Part shown: positions 26,828-40,413 of the stretch, piece after piece
Position numbering within the stretch: position 1 is the first letter of the stretch
Layout: the number at the start of each line of letters is the position of its first letter
Assembly: GCA_951406725.2 (NCBI GenBank)
Contig: OX597835.1
Location: forward strand, 36,208,001-36,272,000
Length of the DNA: 64,000 nucleotides
Direction: 5' to 3'
From: Octopus vulgaris
Taxonomy: Eukaryota
The notes under the pieces: model-generated
What the model saw: the letters and a program-made list of their open reading frames with translations, nothing else
Told to the model about the DNA's origin: nothing
Database searches by the model: none
Made by a program: the position numbers and the translations under genes

Positions 26828-27696
26828 CATATATAAATGCATACAAACATGCATGCATACATGCATGCATGCATGCATACATACATACATACATACATAC
26901 ATACATACATACATACATACATACATACATACATACATACATACATACATACATACGTATAGATGTACACACATAAGCGTGTGTGTGAGTGTCTCAGTAT
27001 GTAAATTTCATATCTTCTGTCAATATATCTGTAACGTATTTATGAAATTTTCTCTGTCTGTGTGTATGCATATCTCCATGCATGTAATGTATATTGTGTG
27101 CAGCGTCGCCGTATGTGGAACTGTACTGATGTTCTATGTCAGCGAAAATGTATTGGGAACCTCAAAAGAAACATTTTTAAACAAATTTTTGAATAGCAAA
27201 TGACATCCATGGAAAATTTTAGAAAGCAGACGATAATAAATGGTTATTGAAATAAATGTATTGATAACGCGAAGGTAATTTGAAGGGAACGCTAAATTTT
27301 AGAGAATGAATGTGTGTGTGTGTAATAGACACACATACATACAAGATATTATTCATTATATGAAGAAAGTTAAATAAAACGTTTAGTTTGAGAGTATATA
27401 CATGCAAATATATAAAGAGTGTTAAACGGGTATTATATTGAAGAATTATAATTATTATGTGTAACATGAAATTATCAATTTTTTTTTAGAAATCGTTGAA
27501 TATAAGTCTTTGAGCGAGAGAGGGTGAAATATTTTATATCACGAATTATAAGAAATGGTGGATGGCTATGTGTAAAGATGAGAAAATGATTATTCAACGA
27601 ATTATTTTTTCGGTTTTTATTTCTTCAATTTCTTTAATTTCCCAATGAAAATGAAGAGTGATATTATATGTGTGTGTCTGTGTGTATGTGTATGCA

Positions 27697-27758
<62 letters not shown>

Positions 27759-27805
27759 TATATACATGCATATATATACAGATATATATAATATATATAT
27801 TGCAT

Positions 27806-27856
<51 letters not shown>

Positions 27857-27895
27857 GAATATGTCTATATAATATTGACAGACAGACAGACAGAC

Positions 27896-27990
<95 letters not shown>

Positions 27991-28116
27991 GGGCGTTTAT
28001 ACAGCCATATCTGTTTTTTTATTTTTGATCTTCTATATAAAGGAAGATATTTCCTTCGTTTTCTTACTCTTTCTTCTACGAAATGAGAAGATGTATTGCA
28101 GAATTGTTATCTAATT

Positions 28117-28220
28117 TATCAACTGATGAGATACATCTGCACCGCCGGACGATCCCGAACCAGTTAAGCGTACCACCCGTGAGGGATTAATACCTGATGT
28201 GTCGAAACAATTGCCGTGAT
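28117..28220 (+). ncRNA. Minimal hammerhead motif with a mutated cleavage triplet
   Basis: CTGATGA 28123-28129, stem II GATACATC/GATGTGTC, GAAAC-AATT-GCC, stem I ATCA/TGAT; AATAAA and (TA)n follow. Confidence 0.65.
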
Positions 28221-28262
28221 TAATAAAAAAATTCTCGTATATTCCATCTTCCGGTTTCATTT

Positions 28263-28307
<45 letters not shown>

Positions 28308-28903
28308 CACTATATAATTATACACATCTTGTCATTTCGTAGAAGAAAGAGTAACAAAACGAAGGAGATATCTTCCTGTATATAGAAGATCAAAAATAAA
28401 ATCAGATGTAAAAAAGAAACGAACACCAGAAAAGTATTTACAGATATGGCTGTATAAATGCCCTCTATCTATCTATCTATCTATCTATCCGGCGGTGCAG
28501 ATGTATCTCATCGGTTGATAAATTATAACTGATATTACATTATTTATGGGTTTCTTACCTTAAAAATTAAAACATAAAAATTAGTATTTAACATTATAAT
28601 CGATTGTTTGACATAATCATAATCGTTAAGTTTCTAGTTTCATAATAGAGTATTTTATTAGAAAAATTATTATTTTATTTTTTTCATAAAAAATATTGTT
28701 TAAATATTTCTGATTATTTATTTAAATATTATAATTAACCTAACGATTGACTATAACCATAATTCGAATTATTAATTGTTTTTAAATTATTGTTATTCGA
28801 ATTGATTATGGGCATGAAACGATCGTAGTGGTTTTACTCTTTATCTTATATTAAACTTTTAATACTTTTTGATAGTTATATATATATTATTAATAAAAAA
28901 ATT

Positions 28904-29121
<218 letters not shown>

Positions 29122-29423
29122 TAAAATATTTATATATATATTTAAAATTTATAAGTTCAAATTATTAATTTAAATAATTTTTAAATATTAACTTTAATTT
29201 AAATATTTTAAATTTTGAATTTTATATTTTATATATTTTTTATTAATTAATTTTATTTTTATTTCTATGTATTGGTTTATGATTTTCACTGTTTGATTTG
29301 CCTAATAGTGGTTTTATCTCTAATTTAATATATATATATTTATACTATGAAATTAGATTTAATCCTGAATATAATTTTTCCCTGTAAGTTTGGATTTACT
29401 CCCTAATATTATTATTATTCTTA

Positions 29424-29463
<40 letters not shown>

Positions 29464-29555
29464 AACTTATATACATACACACAGATATATATACATATAT
29501 GTATACACACATATATACATATATATATACATATAAGAGCGCGGGCTACAAACAC

Positions 29556-29611
<56 letters not shown>

Positions 29612-30246
29612 GATTAGAGGTTAAATTAACCTCTTCAAGGGATAGTATCATCCAATGAATTACTGTTTCAATACCTAATATCTGTTGTAAATAATATTAA
29701 CAGTCATATGCATATATAAATGTATGTGTATATATAAAAAAGCACGCAATGTGGAGAAGATTATGAGATAATTATCAGAAAAACAAAATATATATGAAGT
29801 TAGATAAGTATGTGGTAGTAGTATAGTATAGAAATCATAGAGAAATATAAAGCGAATTAATCAAAGTAAGCGTACAAAACGCATAGCTTTGCATCCATTA
29901 CGCTATTACATCTTTTAAGAACAAATTGGAGAGATACCCTCATCTCATAGCTATGTACCGTAATGAAATAGGAATGGTGAGAAAAGTTCGATATTTTCGG
30001 ATAGTTTATGTTCAAACGATGCGAGGTTGGTATATAGGTGTGTTTGTAAAAAGCAGAAAGAGAAAGTGGGAGATATTTAAAACAAAAGTGATGAGCGATG
30101 CAAGAATATGGAGGGGGAAATTTCAGCCTCCCTCTCTAACATTCATCGTCTCTCTATTTCCTTTTTTGACTTGAATAATAACTCCACCATGTTTCTGCTT
30201 TTGTGATGTAAAAACAAAAAGCCAAAGTAATATGTTATAAATTGTA

Positions 30247-30302
<56 letters not shown>

Positions 30303-30346
30303 ATGTGCGTGGATGCATATTATTATATATATATATATATATATAT

Positions 30347-31444
30347 ATCATCAACTCCTTCACCTGCACCTCCAGCAATATTATCTATTGCGTCTCTTGC
30401 TCTCTCTGCCATTCCCTGTACATCGGACAAACGGGACGCCGCTTGGATGACCGGTTCGCGGAACACCTCCGTGACATCCGCCTTGCCAACGACACACCGG
30501 TCTCACGCCATTTCCGCTCCACCGGTCACTCCTTGCAACACCTGTCTGTGTTCGGTTTGTCCTTGCACAGAGGCCATCCGGATTCCCGTTTGCGCCGTGA
30601 ACAGGAATTAATCTTCTCTCTTCGCTCTTTTACGCCATTTGGTCTCAACTCTCCCCCTCCTCATCTAACCCCCTCTCCCCCCTCCTCATCTAACCTCCCC
30701 CCGACCCCTACTTCTCTTCAGTACTTCATCCTTTCACCCCTACTCCTCTTCCCTTCTTCCCTTCTTCCCTCTTCCCCTTCCCTCTTTCTCTCTGCTCCCT
30801 CACTCCCCTTCTCTCTCTCTCCCCCCTCTCCCTCTATCCTCCCTCCTCCTCTTCCCTCCTCTTCTCCTCTCCTTCCTTCTCCCCCTTCTCTCCCCTCCTC
30901 TTCTCCTCTCCTTCCTTCTCCCCCTACCCCTCCTCTTCTCCCCTTTCCTTCTCCCCTCTTCTCCTCTTTCTTTCTCCCCCTCCCCCTTACCCCCTCTTCC
31001 CTCATCTCCTCTCTCTACACTACACCATACGACTTTACACATCACATCATATATACATACACACGTCCAGACCTCTCATACGCACTAATACTCTCTCATA
31101 CACACACACACACTCTTATGTTGGGGCGAGGTCATTTAACCCTATTATCTCCCCTAATTTCGCTCTTGCGTCTCACGTTTGATCTTTGACTTCTGGCCGA
31201 AATCAGATCGCCATGTTGATTCGCTAGCCTCTGCACGCATTTTTTTCTCTCCTTCTTTCTGTGTTTCTTTCTGTGTATCATTCTGTTGAAGAGCGTAGGC
31301 TCGAAACGTTAAAGACTTGTTTTATTTATATTCCTGAGCGCCATACTAATGCAATTGTTTGTTTGTATTCCACCTGCCCTCGTCTTTTGTTTATTTCCGT
31401 AAACCTGCCTTCATCTTTTGTCTATTTTCATAAAGCTTCCCGTT
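30347..31444 (+). mobile_element. Penelope-like retroelement, 5'-truncated (GIY-YIG endonuclease plus 3' terminus)
   Basis: FTCTSSNIIYCVSCSLCHSLYIGQTGRRLDDRFAEH...VSRHF...RREQELIFSLRSFTPFGLN is a Penelope-type GIY-YIG domain with CCHH residues. The 3' part has a hammerhead-like motif at 31283-31310. Both ends lie in (TA)n. Confidence 0.9.
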
Positions 31445-31539
31445 ATATATATGTATATATACATATATATAAACATGTGCGTGGATGCATATTATTATAT
31501 ACATATATAGACATATTTACGTATTAGAATGTATATATA

Positions 31540-31922
31540 TTACTTTTTTTTAATTGTTTCAGTCATTTGACTGTGGCCATGCTGGAGCACCGCCTTTAAT
31601 CGAGCAACTCGAACTCGGGACTTATTCTTTTGTAAGCCCAGTACTTATTCTATGGGTTTCTTTTGCCGAACCGCTAAGTAACGGGGACATAAACATACCA
31701 GCATCGGTTGTCAAGCAATGCTAGGGGGACAAACACTGATACACACAGACACATATATATATACATATATACGACGGGCTTCTTTCAGTTTCCGTCAACC
31801 AAATCCACTCACAAGGCTTTGGTCGGCTCGAGGCTATAGTGGAAGACACTTGCCCAAGGTGCCACGCAGAGGGACTGAACCCGGAACCATGTGGTTGGTA
31901 AACAAGCTACTTACCACACAAC
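31540..31922 (-). mobile_element. tRNA-derived SINE family A
   Basis: Reverse complement of 23608-24078 at high similarity. Confidence 0.85.
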
Positions 31923-32128
31923 ATATATATGTATATACACATGCATATTTGGGAACAGGACGTCAAAAAAACGTGAACATTTTTTTGAACAACGAAAGAA
32001 ACAAATAGAAGAATGATACAGGCAACATAAAGAACAATCCCTTCATCAGTTGATCACTTTTATCTACTCGCATACAATATATGTATATTTAGATATGTTC
32101 ATACATTTTCATATATAAATATACATAC

Positions 32129-32201
<73 letters not shown>

Positions 32202-32440
32202 CAGATATATAGATATATATATTTCTTTATCTACACATATCTATCAGTCTATCGATCGGGCTGTGTGATTTTCCGTATTTTCTCGACGTCTAGAAAAACT
32301 GAAGCAATATTTAGATACAGTTTCAGCAAATTTTAATTCTGAATCTGTTGTTTTTATACAAGTGTGTCCATATGTATGTGTGTGTATACGCGTGTATATG
32401 TTTACGTATATATGTATGTAAGCATGGATCTCTCTCTCTC

Positions 32441-32482
<42 letters not shown>

Positions 32483-32845
32483 CTTATTAATCCGAGGGGA
32501 GGCAATGTGAGCAGCAACTAAAGGAACATTACAAAATCCACAGAAAGATCAAACACATACATATATTCATATATTCATTTATATCTACAGAACAGATATA
32601 AAGCCCGACGTTTAAAGATATAGTAATATATAAATATATAAACATCATATAAAAATATATAAATATATAAGAATCAATGTTGCATATATAACACATTGAA
32701 TTTACGTTTAAAATCATATATATATATATATGCATACACATATTTATATAGTTTAATATCGTTATATGTACAGACATACAAATAACCAAAAAACTGCGTA
32801 TACATATATATATATGAGGGGTGGCTTGTGTGTGTTAGTGATTGT

Positions 32846-32904
<59 letters not shown>

Positions 32905-33784
32905 CATACATACATACATACATACATACATGCATACATTGATGCATACATACATACATACATGCATACATACATACATACATACATACATACATGCATA
33001 CATACATACATACATACATACATACATACATACATACATACATACATACATACATACAGAACGATATAGAGGGTTTTTTTGCAATATCATATTAGGGAAA
33101 TTTTTTCTGCTTAAGTTTTGCTTTGTTTTCATAAATTTTGTCTTTGTCTGATATCATCATATTATAATTCTCATATCATTGCATTAATATGACTTTTGAT
33201 ACCCACCGGCTAAATGATACGGTGCGCCAGCCCAGAATATTTGTACAAGCGTATGATTATATTTATGCGTGCATACAAGTACATACATAAGCGTGTATGT
33301 ATGTATGTATGTATGTATGTATGTATGTATGTGTGTGTGTAAATACGTATGTATGCAAATAATTATGTTTGTATGTAGGCATTTCTGTAAGTATTCATGT
33401 ATGTATCTATGCATATGCATAGTTTTTGTGCAGCCGCTTATACATGCACAAACGATTATGTATACACATATACACTTCTCTCACACTCTCTCTCTATGCG
33501 TGTGTGTGTGTGTATACATGTATTTGTACGTACACAGACACATCTGCCCACCCATACGCATAAACACACCCAAACACACACAAACATGTGTGTGTAAATA
33601 TACATATATATATGTATATCTATATATATGCATATATCTATATGTATATATATATATATACATATATACACGCGTGCGTTCGCTCACGTACATATTAACA
33701 CACTAACATTTATATATAAATATATATATTTATATATATACATATATATATATATACGTTTATATAAACATATATATATACGGA

Positions 33785-33846
<62 letters not shown>

Positions 33847-34164
33847 CGTGTATATATATACATATATATATATATATGTATGTATATATATATATATATA
33901 TCAGACAACATATATGCATAGATTTTTAATATAAATATAATTATCAATCTTATCTCCATGAGATTTATTAAAATATTATTGTGTATATACATTTCGTAAG
34001 GGTTTATGAATATATAGATTTCCACATTCAATTTATATGCTTAGTTTTATCACTAAATCATATATCTTCTGTTAAGACTATTAATGACGCTTAGGTGCAT
34101 TGATGTATATATCAATGTATGTGTATGTATATGAATTTATAAATATATATAAATGTATGTATAA

Positions 34165-34330
34165 ATATATATTGTTGAAATTTATAGAAAGGACTAAGTC
34201 GAAAACAGGTGCAGAAACAACAAACAAGTGTTTTAGTTTGACGCTCTTGAAAAATGGAGAAGTCATTTATGTTTCGAGCCTACGCTCTTCGACAGAGGAA
34301 ATAAATAGAGAGGGAATGAGGAAAATTTAT
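34165..34330 (-). mobile_element. Penelope-like 3' terminus fragment
   Basis: Contains the reverse complement of ctgtcgaagagcgtaggctcgaaac, as at 31283. Confidence 0.7.
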
Positions 34331-34373
34331 GTATACATATAAATAAATGTATGCATATATATGTATGTGTGTG

Positions 34374-34457
<84 letters not shown>

Positions 34458-35507
34458 ATTATGCATGCTTGTATCTGTACTATCTGTACACGTATGTATA
34501 TTTGCTTGTTACTGAATATATGTGTCTGTATTTTATGTGGATAAATATTTGTGCAAAGGATGGATAGTAGGTGCGTATACCTTTTTGTATTTCTAGAATA
34601 TACATTTCCATATGCATGTATGTCTGTATATGTGTAGGTGTGTGTATGTGTCTTAGTACGCGTGTGTTGACGTTCCGGTAACTTAGCGGTTCTACATATC
34701 AGATCGATCGAATAATTACCGGGCTTAAAGTAAACATAAGATTCATTCGACTAAACATTTTCAAGGCGATGCTCCAGATGGGCCTCCGACTAATTACTGA
34801 AACATCTAAAAGATAAAATATATTTATAATATCGAAATAAAAAATCTTCGTTGTGTAACGTGTGAAATAACTGAACAGAGCAACGAGAATTATATCGGCC
34901 AGACAGGATCAAAATTGATATATCGGGTTAGGATACATAAACAACACATCATAGATTCGTCTTGGAACTATTCCGTGTAATGAATTTCAAACAATTTTTA
35001 CGAATGGAAAATTCAAAATATGTCCTTTTGCCTGAGTAAATGAATAACAGGCAGACGAACAATAATTTATAAAAATTTTAATCCGAACCTAGATCGTAGT
35101 CAACATCGCTACGAAAAACAACTTCCTCTATACGGATTACATCCCAGTACATATGTCTGAAAATTGTAAAAAAGGAATGCGCTTACACACGTTACGAAAA
35201 CTTACATAATTGTTTGCATCGTTAATTAAAAAGAATTGTTCATATTAGTAATTTTTTATTTAAGTAAATCTTAATTCAGATATTATGATTGTATCAATGA
35301 TTCTTTGAAAACACTTTTTTTAATGCGCGTGTGTGCGTGTGTGTGTGCGTGCACACGTGTGTGTTTGTGTGTGTGTGTGAGTGTGTATGTGTGAGTGTGT
35401 GTGTGTGTTTGTGCGTGTGTGTTTGTGTGTGTGTGTGTGTGTGTTCACGTGCGTATGTGTGTCCCCGTCTGTATTTGTGTTCGTGTGTGTATGCGCGCGA
35501 GAATGGG

Positions 35508-35581
<74 letters not shown>

Positions 35582-35647
35582 GAGAGAAACAGACTGACAG
35601 AAAAATAGACGAACATACAAAGACAGGGAGAGAGAGCTAGATTGATT

Positions 35648-35734
<87 letters not shown>

Positions 35735-35849
35735 TGATTGATAGATAGATAGATAGATAGGTAGGTAGGTAGGTAGGTAGGTAGGTAGGTAGGTAGGTAG
35801 ATAGAAAGATAGCGGTGAAGAGAGAGCGAAGCGTATGTAAACAGATTCA

Positions 35850-35941
<92 letters not shown>

Positions 35942-36259
35942 CACACACTCACAGACACACATGAACACACACAAACACACATATCACATATATATATTGT
36001 AGTTAATGTCAGGTTTTTTACGCGCTCTACTAGTAACATGAAACCTAGTGCAACCTGTTACCAGGCAAGAACGTAGGCAACGAAACTAGCGACTATTGAA
36101 AGCTGGCTAGGTGGGGAAGAGTGAGATTCTGCGAGATGAACATGGAGACTTGTGGAAGAGTCATCGGCAATTCATCCCCTTCAACGCGAGAATATTTATG
36201 TGTGATTGATGGCATTAACATAAAGTATGGAAGAAATGATTAAGTTTCATCTGCACGGC

Positions 36260-36750
36260 GCTTTGGGTGAATTTCATAGATAGAAACTGAGTGAATTTCA
36301 TACATAGAAACTTTGTGGAAGCCCTTCGTATATGTGTGTGTGTGAGTGTGAGTGTGTGTATGTGAGTGTGTGTGTGTGAGTGTATGTGTGTGAGTGTGTG
36401 TGTGTGAGTGTGTGTGTGTGAGTGTGTGTGTGTGAGTGTGAGTGTGTGTGTATGTGTGTGTTTGTGTGAGTGTGTGTGTGTGTGAGTGTGTGTGAGTGTG
36501 TGTGTGTGAGTGTGTGTGTGTGTATGTGCACGTACATATCTCTGTGTTTGTGTTTGTGCCCTTAACCGCTTGACAACCGGTATTATATTGTTTACGTTCC
36601 CGTAACCTATCGATTCCAGCAAAAGAGACTGATAGAATAAACATCGGGATTAAAAACAACAAAAGTCCTGGTGTCGATTTGTTTGCGTCAACCCTTCATT
36701 GCTGTGCCCCAGCATGGCCGCAGTGCAACGACTAAAATAAGTAAAAGATG
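36260..36750 (+). mobile_element. SINE family A, 3' part
   Basis: cgcttgacaaccggt...tttacgttcccgtaac...gatagaataa...gtgccccagcatggccgcagtg; a similar fragment lies at 34660-34820. Confidence 0.75.
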
Positions 36751-37866
36751 AGAGATAAGACACATCTACTGATTCGATATAAGCAACAGTATACCAGTGA
36801 CGCCACCTGGCACAGATCGCCACAACATACCCTTGTGTTTGGCGCGCTGCTATGATGCTGTGTAAACACCTGGCATAGAATTTCTTTCGTTATGTGCAAC
36901 AGAAGCAGTATTAATCTAAAATATTTATTTTAAACTAGTACTGCTTCTTTTGCAGTACTGTACCAGTAATTTATTGGGGTTGATATAATTGTCTGGCCCT
37001 ACCCCACAATTTTAGGCTTATGACTAGTGTATAAAGAGTTACATCTGTAATCTAAAAACACTGTGTAGGCTACGACAGTCGATGAAATAGAAACAAAATT
37101 TAAAAATTTATTCTGTGTGACACAGCAGCAAAGGATCTATGGCACCGTTTTGGTCCGTGGCACGGTGGTTGGAGACTCTTGCTATAAAGAATACGGTCAT
37201 TTCTTCCTTTTTCTATACTCACTTTTAAACAAACAAGAAAGAACAACAAAAAACAAATTCAAAATCTACAAAAATGAAAAGAGCGAGAATAAAAAAAAAA
37301 AAACTACTAAAAAAATGGCTGCGTCTTGTTTTACACTGTTCTTCTTGTCAACTTTCATTTTCGTTTTGCGTTGACCGTTTATATTTTCATCTGATGTAGT
37401 AAATATACTTTCGCAACGTAATAATCGGTGGAGGAGTGGGGCGAGGAGGTATTTCAATGTTTATTTTGCGTTTCATTTTGATGTCAAGAATCTCCTTATG
37501 TTCGAATCACATGACAAAAGAAACCCTTCCCTTTTTACATCCGGAACAACAACAACAACATCAACAGCAACAACAACTACAACAATAAAAGAAAAACAAA
37601 GTAAAAAAAACTACCGAATTTACTAGAGAAAAACCCCAAAAAGAAAACAAAACAACAGAACACGAAGGAATAAGCTAAACCAAAACAATTTGTTACAAAG
37701 AAAACAACGATATCTTGCGTAGACGGTTTTAAACTGCACGAATGGTAGCTAAACAAATAACCGTTCTCTTTACTTTTCTATCTCTTTCTCCCATCACCTC
37801 GCCCTCTCTCTCTCCCCGTATTCCTTCTTTATATAACTATGTATGCGTGTATATATATATATATAC

Positions 37867-37915
<49 letters not shown>

Positions 37916-38013
37916 CATGTGTGTGTCTCTTGCTCGCCCTTCGGTTAATTTCAAATTTGACAGGTAATACCATAAAAACAAGAATTCAGCAGATAATTGC
38001 AGCCCTTTTACAA

Positions 38014-38096
<83 letters not shown>

Positions 38097-38275
38097 CTAT
38101 ATATATATATATATATATTTATCTCTCTCTCTCTCTCTATCTATCTACCTATCTATCTATCTATCTCTCTATCTATCTCTCTATCTATCTATCTCTATCA
38201 ATGTCTCTATCTATCTATCTATCTATCTATCTCTTTATCTATCTATCTCTATCAATGTCTCTATCTATCTATCTT

Positions 38276-38318
<43 letters not shown>

Positions 38319-38365
38319 CTTTATCTATCTACATCTATCAATGTCTCTATCTATCTATCTATCTT

Positions 38366-38404
<39 letters not shown>

Positions 38405-40219
38405 CCTACTTCCTTTATATCTTTCTAACTCATGCAGCTTCTAATTCTCTCTCCCTCCCACCTTTCTCTACCTCCCACCATCTCTCTCTCTCTCTGCTTC
38501 ATTTCTAATATTTTTCACTAATACCCCTCACTACACCTCACACTTTCTCTCACTTTCTCTTCCCTTTTGCTCCACCTTTTACTCCTCCTTTCTATATTTC
38601 TCTCCAGCACAACCTCCTCCCTACACCCCTCTCAAACTTTGCTTCATTTACTTTTCTCTTTCCCTCTACCTCTCTCTACCATCCCCTCTGCCTCCTACTC
38701 TCTCTTTGTTTCATTTCTCATATCTTTTTATTAATACCCCTCACTCTACTTCACACCCATTCTCACTCTCCTTTCCCTTTTACTCCTACTTTCTCTATTT
38801 CTCCCTAACTCCTCCTCTTCACTTTGCTCCCTTTTTCTCTAATATACACAACCTTTTAAAGCGGGCTATAAACTTATGCATAAGGTTAAACCCTCTCTAT
38901 TCTTTCCCCTCCGTTTCTACGTCTCTCTCTCCCTCTCTTCTTCACCGCTGTGTATCTTTTTATATCTCTCTCACTCTCTCTCTGACTCCCATATATCTCT
39001 CTATAACCCACCCTCTCCCTCTCTCCATCTCTTCCTCTTTTTCTTTCCCTCGCATAACAGACTCTTGCTCATTTTCTCCTTCTCCCCATCACCTCTGTCT
39101 CTCTTTCTCTCTCTTTATCGTTCTCACTCACTCTCTCATTTAACTGCATGCAGCCTACCCGCTCCCTCTTGTCCATCTCTCCCTTTCTCTTTCTCTTTTT
39201 CCCATATATCTGACTCAAATCTAATCTCTCCCTCTTCCCACCACCTCTGTCTCTCTCTTTATCACTCTCTCCCTATATATATATTTCTCTCTGTCTCTCA
39301 TATATCCCGCTCAACTCTGCCCGCTCCCTCTCACCCGTTTCTGTCTCTCTCATCTTTTTATATTTCTCTATTTTCCTCTCTCTCTCTCTTCCTCTCTCTC
39401 TCTTTTCCTCTCTCTCTCTCTATCTCTCTTCCTTTCTCTGCCTTCATCGTCTCCAAGACCACACGAAGTTAACACACATAAAGCAGACATCAGAAAGACG
39501 CTAGAATTACCCCTACTTTACAGAGCTCAATGAGTGGCAGCAAAACGACTCGTCTCTGTTTAACAGTGGCACGTAACATCGTGTACGTCAATTGACTTGA
39601 CAAGCCAAACAGGAAATGCGCTCAACTAAAATGAAGAGCAGGCGATTCAGCAGCGCTTCCGGTTTGTCAGTGATCACGAGGAAGCGATCTGCAAAGCTCG
39701 TCAGCTTGAGGATACACGCGCTCGTAAAATCTGCGGAACTAAATTATAGTTTTCTATTCTATTTTGCTTTCGATAAAATGGTCCTTAATTATTGCCAAAT
39801 TGAACCGGGTTTTTACGTGTTTGCCGTTGTTTGCTGTTGTTTGACGTTGTCGTCTGCCTTTTAAAATGAAAAGCAATTGGCCCAATTTAATCTTTGGACT
39901 TAAAACAGAAACGGAAAATTAAACCGACTTTTAGAAGTCGACCAACGTATGGTTTCCGATTTCAAATTGTACTCAAGTTTGTCTTAATTTTCCAAATGCA
40001 CAAATTTGTTTGTTTGCTTGATTTGATGTGTTGTTTTGTTTTGAAGTTTTGTTTTAGTTTTGTTTTGTTTTTTGTTTTTGTTTGTTTGTTTGTTTTGTCT
40101 TCTGTGTTCATAAAATAATTAACTGGCTTTATTTTCATCGATCGATGAAACAAGATCAAATGGTTATTTCGATTGCTTGTGACGAAATAATAAAAAAATA
40201 AATAAAATAATAATATATA

Positions 40220-40413
<194 letters not shown>

